From: Phaeosaccion multiseriatum
Taxonomy: Eukaryota; Protista; Ochrophyta, other classes
Assembly: GCA_965112735.1 (NCBI GenBank)
Contig: OZ218957.1
Span: 1,054,001 to 1,118,000 of the forward strand
DNA length: 64,000 bases
Direction: 5' to 3'
Position numbers and translations under genes: made by a program. Numbering within the stretch: the first letter of the stretch is position 1; each line of letters opens with the position of its first letter. Shown here piece after piece: positions 55,175 to 64,000 of the stretch. The notes under the pieces were generated by a model. That model searched no databases. It saw only the letters and a list, made by a program, of their open reading frames with translations, and had not been told where the DNA came from.

Positions 55175-56391
55175 ATGGTGAGATTAGAGCAAGTCGACTG
55201 CTCCTCCACCCTTTTCTTTCTCTCACTTGCCTTGGCTGGTGGCCGTCCTGCTGCGCCTGCTGCTGCGCCTACCGCCATGGGCAGGGCTTTGCGTATCACG
55301 ACATCTGACACCGTGCGTCCCCTTGTACTGCTGCTGTGCCCCACGCTCAGCCTCAACATGAGTATATGGAGCTGCATAAGAAGCGCCATGGAGAGCGCAT
55401 GGACAAGGCGGAGAAGCGGCGTAAGAAAGAGGCCCGAGAGGTGCACAAGCGCTCGGACTTCGCGCAGAAGGTGCATGGCATTAGGGCCAAGCTCTACCAC
55501 AAGCAGAGATTCAAGGAGAAGGCCACTATGCGCAAAACGTGAGTGGGCACGAAGCATGACGCGCCGCGAGCTTGGGTTTTTTATTCTAAACTTGCCTGCC
55601 CACCGTGTTTACCTCCTCCCCCCTCCCACTCTACAGTATTGCCATGCACGAGCAACGCGACAACAAGCACGCGAACGATGACGCTACTCCGGAGGGAGCA
55701 GTTCCGGCATATCTGCTGGACCGAGAGGGTGTGTCGAGGGCAAAGGTGCTGAGCAACAGCGTGAAGCAAAAGAGGAAGGAGAAGGCTGGCAAGTGGGACG
55801 TACCTATCCCAAAAGTCAAGCCCGTGGCAGACGACGAGATGTTCAAGGTATTGAGGAGCGGCAAGCGGAAAAACAAGGTGCGACGCGAATTGTTGGTTGT
55901 AGACCATGGTGCTGATAGAAGGAGCTTCCCATCTCTTTGGACAGAAGATTAGAAGGAGGAGTGGCAGAGACCTTGATTGAGCCTCCCATCTCTTTCTTAC
56001 ATTGCAGTCCTCCCTTTCTCTCCAAACTGTGTGCTGGTAGGCCTGGAAGCGAATGGTGACCAAGGTGACTTTTGTAGGGGAGGGCTTTACCCGCAAGGCG
56101 CCAAAGTACGAACGCTTCATCCGGCCGTCCGGTCTGCGATTCAAGAGGGCTCACGTCACACACCCGGAGCTCAAAGCCACCTTCCACCTTGACATTATTG
56201 GGGTCAAGAAGAACCCGAGCTCCCAGCTCTACACACAGCTCGGGGTTATGACCAAGGGTACTGTTATCGAGGTTAATGTCAGCGACTTGGGGCTCGTCAC
56301 GCAGTCGGGCAAGGTGGTCTGGGGCAAGTACGCCCAGGTCACCAACAACCCTGAAAATGATGGGGTCGTGAATGGTCTCCTACTAGTGTGA
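55175..56391 (+). CDS. NSA2: Ribosome biogenesis protein NSA2, 4 exons; first coding exon is the ATG alone
   Basis: ATG|gtgaga at 55175-55177 splices to [63 protein letters not shown]. Confidence 0.96.
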
Positions 56392-57062
56392 GACTTTTGC
56401 TCCATGGAGTGGTGGACGCGGTTGGTTGGATAGGCGGGGGATGGGCGGGTTCATCGGGTGTTTGTGCGCGGCGCTTTCCGGGGTCGTTGGGGCTCTACTA
56501 CTACGTCCATCGGGATACGCGCTGTTTTTCTCCTTCCAAGCACGAATCTGTACAGTCAGTGTAAAAAGTAAATACAGTATGGCAATAAGGTTGGTACGTG
56601 GTACACTATACTTCAGACAAGAGCCCAGGGGCGGCCCGATGGAGAGGGGGCAAGTCACCCGCCGGCAGCCAACGCATGCCCGATCGAGCCCGAAGCATCG
56701 AGAAGCACGCACGCACGCACGCACGCACCACGCACTGCCACATTGTACAGCTTCGCCCCCTGGGGTGGGGCAGGCCGCTGGCTTATGGGGCGTCTAGAGA
56801 GCGAGAGAGACGAGGGACAGAGGAAAGAGAGATCGAATTATTTTTAATGGGGGAGGAAAGAGCAGCGCATAAGAAAAAGCGGGGAAAAGAAAGGGGAAAG
56901 ACCGCCTTCGGAAAAATTTGAGTTTCAGGATGACAACTCTTCACACACACACAGTGAGGGCTTGTCGCTTCTTCTTGGTCATGACAGTACGTCTTAGAAA
57001 GAAGACAATCCTCTCTGCAAAGACGAGAGAAGGAGCGGGGGGGGGTTAATCATCATCTCAAC

Positions 57063-59576
57063 ATGGCGACTCTTGTGAAGCAGGGCTCGCCTCCTCGGGG
57101 CAGCTTGGAGCGTTCAGCACCGCCAGCCCAGCTGCAGCCTTCGTGCTGGCTCACTGACACGATGGGCCTCCGTCTACCTGCGTCCAAGAGCGACTTTGCC
57201 CACGTGGGCGCACTGATGAAGAGGAGAGGCGGGTTTGGGAAGATGGCACAGAACCCATGGAAGGCTCGGTGTTTTGTGCTTATGAAGTAAGTGGTTGGCT
57301 CAACGAGGAGAAAGTTTTAGCGATTTGCTCAAGCCCGACCTCCTCCCCCCTCCCGCTTTCCCCCGCCCGCGAAAACTCTCTGATGAAGGGAGGGGCTGCT
57401 TTGTTATTTCGATGAGGACACGTTTGCCAAGGTGGACTTTCGGCAGCCGCCACGCGGGGTCATTGATGTGGCGGGGGGGTTCGTAGACACTCTTGCGTTG
57501 TCCACCAAGCCGGAGACGGACTCACCCACCGCGCACGTTCTCGTGCTGCAGGTATGAAGGATAAATGAGAGAGAGAGAGAGAGAGGGATTTGATGTTTTC
57601 TCTCAAAACTCACGTGACTGCTTGATTGGTCTCCTTCAATTAGGTGCGCAACGAGCGCTGGAAGCTGTGCGCTCACTCGGAGGAGGAAATGCTGCACTGG
57701 CTCAAGGTGTTGGGAGAGGCGCGAGATTTGGGCGCTTTGAATAAGAACAACAGCGTTTTGAGGGCCACCATGCCGGCTGGTGGGATACGGAGAGCTAGGA
57801 CGGCGGCGGGGCCGGACAGTATCAGCAGTGCAGGAGGGGGCCATCCTCGGAGATTCAGCGACGGCGAGGAGGCGTGTGAGGAGGGTTTCCGCGCCTACAA
57901 CCCCGCCACCACCACTAGTAACAGAAGCAACAGCAGCGCCTTGGTGCGGCCGCATGACAGGCCGCACAGCATGGGTATCCCCAAGCAAGCCCAATCCCCT
58001 GCCGCGGATCTGACTGGGGCTACGCTGGCCTTCCTTCTCGCCGCCACTGTCATCAACGCCTCGTGCTACGCGCTACACACGCTAGACTTGGGAAGCTCGC
58101 CTTTCTTCCTGCTCATGCTGCTGCTGAATGTTGTGCTGGCGCATGGTGTTTTCGTGGGGCGAGCAGCAGCGTCCGCCTCGGCCACCAGCGGAAGTTTGAA
58201 TGTTCCCCTTGTGCACGGGCCCGACGTACGCGTCATTGCTCTTGGTCTGAAACGCCTGCTGCGAGCGCACGACAGGGCAGAGCGCGAGCAACTAGGCGCG
58301 GCGGCCCCCACCAAGCCCGTAGCAGGCTCTACCATGCGCAAGTGGGAGGGGCCCCGCGACTCTCAGACCTTGGAGGGCAATGAAGACGCAACGCACACGT
58401 GGTGCTCCGGAAAGGGCGAGTTCTTCTCTGTTCGGGGACCCGCGTACATGACAGATCGGCAGAAGACCAAGGTTACCTCGGCAGATCCGTTGGTGCGTTC
58501 GTTGGAGTGCTGAGTTTGTTGGCGCCCTCTCTCTTTGTCGTGCGTCTTATGTTCCCACTGCACTTTTGTGATTTCCCTCCTCGCGAACAGTATGAGCTGG
58601 TGGGAGTGGACTTTTTCGGCACAGACGCCCGGGCCGGACACATTGCCAAGGAGTTGGATATGCAGGCCCTTGCGCAGGATCTGCCCAGCGTCCAAGGGTC
58701 CAAGGTGAGGACAAGAAGGACGAGGTCTTGGGGTCTATTTAGCAAAAGGAGGAAGTTTCTTGGCATGCATCTGAAGCAGGACAGCCTCCTACCTCTCTCC
58801 CGCTCCTACTCTTTGAACCACAGGTGCCCCCTTTTTTGGTTATGAATGTGCAGCTGCCTTCGCTGCCGCCATCATTCCCAAAAGGCCCAACGGATGGACC
58901 CGGCGTGCAAGTGGTGTATTACTATCGCATCACGAGTGAGACAGCGAACATGGTGAATGGGCTGGAGGAGCCCAGCGCCGCTGTCAGGCTGTGGATGACG
59001 TACATAGAGAAGGCCACTATAGACCCAGCCTTCAAGGGCAGATTCAAGGTATGTCGTGTCATGATTGAGAGCATTAGAGTAGCGACAGCCATGACCCCAC
59101 CAACCAATCATCCAACTAAGCAACCAACCCTCACCAACACTAACGGCAGGTGATTGCGGTGGTCGATAATATGGACCGCCTGGCGTTGCCTGGGGGCGTT
59201 ACTCGCTACAATGGCAAGCCTGTGCTTATCAACAAGTCTGGTGAAATTCACGCTGGCCCAAGCTACTGGGAGTGTGACATCAACGTGCACAACTTCGGGT
59301 ATCCGGCCAAGAAGGGCCTCAGCATGCTCAGCCACATGTGAGTGCTCCATAGGGCAACCCCCTAGTCTATTCGCCACCCCTCCTTTGTCTAAACCCGGCA
59401 AGACGTTTGCTCCCCCCCCCACCCTCTCTACTCCTTTTAGGTTCAAACAGATGGTTTTGCACGTTGGCTTCCTGGTGGAGGGGAGAGAAAATGACACCGA
59501 GCTTCCGGAGACACTGCTCGCCGCCGCTCAGCTCAACTTCCCCGACCTAGATGTGGCCGCAGATCTCGATGTTTAA
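57063..59576 (+). CDS. PH domain + two TM helices + EDR2_C (DUF1336) domain protein, multi-exon
   Basis: PH: GALMKRRGGFGK...PWKARCFVL...CYF...RGVID...EEEMLHWLKVL. Two hydrophobic segments. EDR2_C motifs FSVRGPAYMTD..K, FLVMNVQLP, RFKVI, YNGKPVLI, ELPETLL. Confidence 0.85.
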
Positions 59577-59740
59577 TCCTCTTCCCAGCAACACGCGTTC
59601 ACCAAACGCTGCTTCCAAATCTGATTTGCTGTACACAACATATATACTCTCTCCTCCCCCCCCCCGAAACAAGGGTGCTTCGAACTTTGGAGTTTGTGTC
59701 CCGACATCTGTATGGTGTGCTCAGACTCCGAGACGCAGCC

Positions 59741-61667
59741 TCAGTGACCCGCCTGGTGCGTGGGAGAGAGGGAGAGACACTGTCCCCAACAATCCTGATG
59801 TGCGTTGTCCTCAGATTCCTCGCTGCTGCTGTCCTCCACTCCACTTGCGTAACTCCCTTCCACCATGAATTCTTCCACCTGAAGAGTGGGTTGGGCCGCT
59901 GCCTGAATGGGTTGCGCCGCTGCCTCAGGAGGATGCTGTCCCTCGAGAGCTTGAGAGAAGAGTAGGCTGTAGAGGGCGCTGGCCTTGTTCGCGCATAGCT
60001 CGGACAACTGCTCCGCTAATGTATCCTTGCGGTCCCCAGCGGGGGGGCGCCAGTCCTCTCCGTGCTCAAACTTGAGGATAGTCTGCACGTCTTTGATTTC
60101 TGCGCCAAAGCCACCCACAAAGGAACGAAGGGGCGTTTGTTAATCAACGGATCAAGCAACAAGCGGCGAGGCATCGTGATGAGATGGTTCCGGACAAGCA
60201 CTTACTGAAGGCCTGGAAAATGGCGAGGGCCGTGGGTGGGCGGTGCTCCATCTTGACGGCCCACAGAGACTTGATGTATGAGGCAGCTTCTGCAGGGGAG
60301 GAGCGGGGCAGGGCGGGGGCGGAGGCGGACGAGCGGGCTACGGCTGGCGAGCGAGCTGGGACTGGCTGAGGGGTGGCGACTGCCGGGCACGCGACACTTT
60401 GGAGAGAGGCTCCACCTCCTGTAACCCCGGCGGCAGCGACACAAGCCTGTGCCACGGTCGGGGGCGAGGCAGCGGCAGAAGTCTGTACCACGTTCGGAGG
60501 AATCCCCCCTGGGTCGGGCACCGGCCCCCTCTGATCCTGCGAGTCCACCGCCCATGCTCCTTGCCCGCAACTGGCCTGCTGGGCCTGGCTATGTGCTTTC
60601 CTACAACCACTGCCATTGTCCTCGTTCTGGCGATGGTCGCGCCTTTCTCCCCCGCCCACTTTAAGCGATGCATGCGGCGACTTGAGTGACGGTTGAAGGT
60701 CGACTTTCTTCGTCCTGTGCCCTGGCTCTTCTCCGGCGCCAACTCGACGCGACGCCTGCGACGACTCCTGTGAGGGTGGAAGGAACGCTTTCTTCGTCGC
60801 GTGCATTGGCCGCCGGGGAGGGACGAGGGCCGAGGCTGACTGCGACGGGCGGGCGCGGGTGGGGGTCTTTGGGGTCTTCGCACGCCCGGCCTGGGACGAA
60901 GACGCCCGTCGGCGCTGCTCCTCCAACTTGAGCCGCTCCGCCGGTCCCACACGCCGAAAGGTGATGATGAGCGGTAGCTTCGCCTCCTTGATCCACTGCC
61001 TCACCGTCTTTGTGCAGCGCTTCGTACATGAGAGCGCGCCAACTTTGTGCAAGCAATCGCCTAGTCGGCCCCCCTTTCGTTCAAACTCCGACAGAGGCGC
61101 ACTCGAAGACTGAGTGGTACCCTGAAAGCTCTTCACGACGACGGGGCCGGGGTCGTTGCGGCGCAAAGTCAGGACCCCCTCTGCGCACTCCACAAAAGTT
61201 ACCGTGTAGAAGGGAGAGGAAAGCCCTTCTTTCCCCCCCGTCACTCCAGCAGCAGGAGACGAGCTAAGGATCGGGCTGGTCTTGCATGATAGCAGACCAC
61301 CGTGGCTACCATTGGCGCCCATCCCCTCCGACGCGGTAGCCGGTCCCAGCCCTCCTCCTTCCGCCGCTGTCAGCGGGCGCTGCTGCGGTCCTGGAGAAGC
61401 TGATGCTGTTACTTCTGCTGTTTGCTGCTGCGGAACCAGTCGCGGAGAAGCTTTCGCGGCTGGTGCTTCTGCTGCTCGCTGCTGCTGTCCCAGTCGCGGT
61501 GGCGCCAGCAGTGCTGCGCCAGCGGCCGAGGACTGAGGAGTCGACGCGGCTCTTGCTGCCACTGCTACCCTCGCTGAATCATCAAAGGGCGGGGCAGGAT
61601 CAAGCAAGTCTGGGCTCTCGTGGCCATCGTCTTGGTCTCCCTCATCCGTTGAGGATGATGCGTACAT
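59741..61667 (-). CDS. Hypothetical mostly disordered protein with a possible PDZ-like segment
   Basis: 507-codon ORF from ATG 61667 with YTVTF...GVLTL...VVVKSF...LGDCLHKVG...LPLIITFRR. A probable last exon ends at 59741. Confidence 0.55.
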
Positions 61668-61815
61668 TGTCGCCCTTCACCCTCCCTTCTCCAAGCATTC
61701 AAGTTCCTGAGCTCTCAGAGAGAGAGAGGGAAAAGGGTTCTTCCCCCAAAAAAAACGTTGGGGGGAGGGGGGGGCACAGGTAGTGTCCGAAGTCCTTACT
61801 TGCAAGGAGACCGTC

Positions 61816-63493
61816 ATGGGTATGTTCGGAGTGCAGGTGGCGGAGGGCGAGGACAGCAGGGTGGTCGTGCCGGAAGGTTGGGTCCTGCAGCTCTGTCAGG
61901 CGTGCTTAGTCGGCGGGAAGGTGAGGCTGAGGGGCTGAGATCGGCTGGGGAGATAGTGAGACGCTGAGTGCCCGCTGGGGTGCTTTCTGGGGCTTGTTTT
62001 GGATACCATCATCACTAGGCTCCGATCCATGCCTTTGCGTGTGTTTGTGAAGAGTGCGTCTTGGTGGGGAGATGTCATACGCTTTTGTTCATCCTCGCTC
62101 CCGCTCTCAATAAAGCAGAAGAGCGAGCCGACCACTCTGCGAGTTCGCGCAGATCTCGAGGATGACAAGGCAGAGGACTTTATTCTCTGTGAGCTGTCAG
62201 CCGGGGCAGGAGGGAGGCAATGCGCGCTGACACACAAACTCAGCGTGGTAGACAGCCCAATATTCAACATCACGGGGCCCGGCTCCATTCACTTGACGGG
62301 CTACTTTGAGAGAGATCCGTGGGCGGAGGATGAGGAGTCAGAGTATGGAGATGAGGAGGAAGAGGAGGAACAGCAAGTCTATGACGAGGAGTCAGAGGAA
62401 GAGAGGGTGGCTGAGGTTTCCAATACTGGAAAAAAGGTGAAAAGACGTCAGCGGGAGGAGGAGGAGGAGGCGGAGGAGGAGGAGGAGGAGGAGGAGGAGG
62501 AGGAGGAGGACGCCCATGGCCCAGGGTCATTGTCTGCTTCTCCGCCCAAGAAGAAGAAGCGAAAGCAGCAGCTGTCGGAGAAGGAAAAGCAAGACCAGGA
62601 GGAGCTAGTGAAGATGGAAAAGAAGGAGAAAAAGAGGCTGAAGAAGAAAGAGGTGAGGGATGAGGGCCAGACAGAGGCAGGGTCACTGTCTTTGCGTAGA
62701 CAAGCGTGTCGAACTGTGAAAGCGTCTCCCCCCGCCCCGCGTGTTTGCCCCTGTGCCGAACCTTAACCCCTAGGCGGCGGAGAAGAAGAAGGCTCTTTCG
62801 GATGCCTTCGCTCGGGACGCGGAGGCAGACACTCTGGCGAGAGTCAAGCAGGAAGGCGGCGGCGGCATTGCAGTAGGCGTGCCCCTCAAGAAGCCCATTG
62901 AGCGTCGCGCGCCTGGGGGACTCAAGATTACGGTATGTGGCTTGTGTGTCACCGTCCTCTCCTTTGTCAATGAGGCCTGGGCTTCACACGACGCATCGCT
63001 TTCTGACTCTTTTGTCATCCAATTATTTGCTGCCCTTTTCTTTACGCCTTCCGTGCGCTGCCAGGATGTGGTGCTTGGTGGCGGTAAGACCGCAACTGCG
63101 GGGAAGAAAGCGGAGCTCCTGTACGAAGGGTGCTTTCCAGACGGGACAGTGTTCGACAAGAACTGGAACCGCCGCAAGCCCCTCAGCTTCCGCGTAGGTG
63201 AGTCAGAGCGGCAGCTGCTCCGCTGCATGTATTTCATTACAGTACCGCTACCACCGCTCCCCGTGTCTCACACGCAACCCTCGGCCATGTCTGCTCCCCT
63301 CCTACCCGGCGCAGGCATCGGACAGGTGGTGAAAGGCATGGACAGAGGCGTGGAGGGTATGCGCGTCGGGGGCATCCGCGAGCTCTTCATACCCGCTGCT
63401 CTCGGCTACGGGAAGCGGGGCGCGGGACCCATCCCTGCCAACCAGGACTTGGTCTTTAGAATAGAGTTAGTGGCTGTGAGTGGAAGAAAATGA
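61816..63493 (+). CDS. Nucleoplasmin-like-domain FKBP prolyl isomerase (Fpr3/Fpr4/FKBP53 type), about 5 exons
   Basis: NPL motifs MFGVQV...LCQACL...GPGSIHLTGYF, an acidic and Lys-rich linker, and FKBP motifs YEGCFPDGTVFD, GQVVKGMDRGVEGMRVGG, IPAALGYG. Confidence 0.92.
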
Positions 63494-63606
63494 GATGATG
63501 AAAAAGAAGGAGTGTAGGAGTTGGTGATCTGTACTTTTTTCTGTGAGCCGGAAATTCTCTCCAATGGCTTGGCGCTGGTGGCTGGCTGCGCTCTCTGTCG
63601 AAGGCC

Positions 63607-64000
63607 ATGTCCTCCTCCCCCCTTCTCGCTCTGTTTGTCTTGATCACTGCCGTGCTGGCGAGAGCGGCAGCTGCGAGCTCGTCAAGATGGACGCTGAAGG
63701 GCAAGTCTGTCCTCGTGACAGGAGGAACGAAGGTGGGTACAACAAAAATATAACACTCCCATGCAGGCGCGGCGACTCTTACGTTGCTTTGATCAAAATC
63801 CTCTCCTCGTTCTTTCAGGGCATAGGGAGAGCCATCGTGGAGGAGATGGGCGCGATGGGGGCCTCTGTGCTCACTTGCGCCAGAAATGAGGCAGAAATGC
63901 AGGCGGCCCTCAGTGAATGGCAGAGTCAGGGCATGGAAGTGGAGGGTGTCATTGCCGACGTCACGAAGGACGAAGACCGGCAACAACTGCTCGCCAAGGT
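63607..64000 (+). CDS. Tropinone-reductase-like short-chain dehydrogenase, 5' part only
   Basis: MSSSPLLALFVLITAVLARAAA (signal-like), RWTLKGKSVLVTGGTK|GIGRAIVEE (TGxxxGIG split by an intron), VLTCARNE. Runs off the window. Confidence 0.85.

Noticed and set aside
55336-55350. GTG start for NSA2 suggested by the ORF track
   Set aside because: This segment is the intron 3' end. The true ATG is upstream at 55175.
56383-56921. Small gene between NSA2 and the PH-EDR2_C gene
   Set aside because: Only short ORFs with no motif, partly from a (GCAC)n repeat; no convincing start or exon chain.
1-64000. Introner-like repeated introns, transposons, recoded stop codons, and the many overlapping antisense ORFs
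   Set aside because: By eye, introns share only simple repeats, no transposase or RT motifs appear, and the conserved genes I checked splice without in-frame stops. Antisense ORFs are expected at this GC content. An all-vs-all intron alignment was not run.

Overview
This is gene-dense, GC-rich, intron-rich eukaryotic nuclear DNA, not prokaryotic. Bipartite signal+transit peptides with an 'SAF' cleavage motif and a SHIPPO-repeat gene suggest a flagellated photosynthetic stramenopile (ochrophyte); this is inference. About 27 protein-coding genes can be modelled by splicing at GT-AG sites, plus one GC-AG intron. They alternate strand almost strictly, in head-to-head pairs with start codons usually 60-280 bp apart. 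Recognisable genes: TMX-like thioredoxin, compact lipin, CDPK, NRS/ER rhamnose epimerase-reductase, proteasome alpha3, WDR75/UTP17, SKI3/TTC37, LSM1, PRRC2/BAT2-like, SHIPPO-repeat protein, PEX10, DPH4, sulfatase, GRASP, organellar TsaE, NSA2, a PH-TM-EDR2_C protein, nucleoplasmin-FKBP and a tropinone-reductase-like SDR. The most striking item is hidden across introns: the 19-exon calcium-dependent protein kinase carries an N-terminal Vta1/LIP5-like MIT module, suggesting a Ca2+-regulated kinase that docks on ESCRT-III. Other leads: a PHD-IQ-C2-PH protein, a truncated PEPCK-like mitochondrial protein, a SKI3-LSM1-PRRC2 mRNA-decay trio, and a 77-bp intronic minisatellite built from splice-donor-like units. 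I saw no tRNA, rRNA, CRISPR array or transposase. All family assignments are motif recognition by eye, not database searches.
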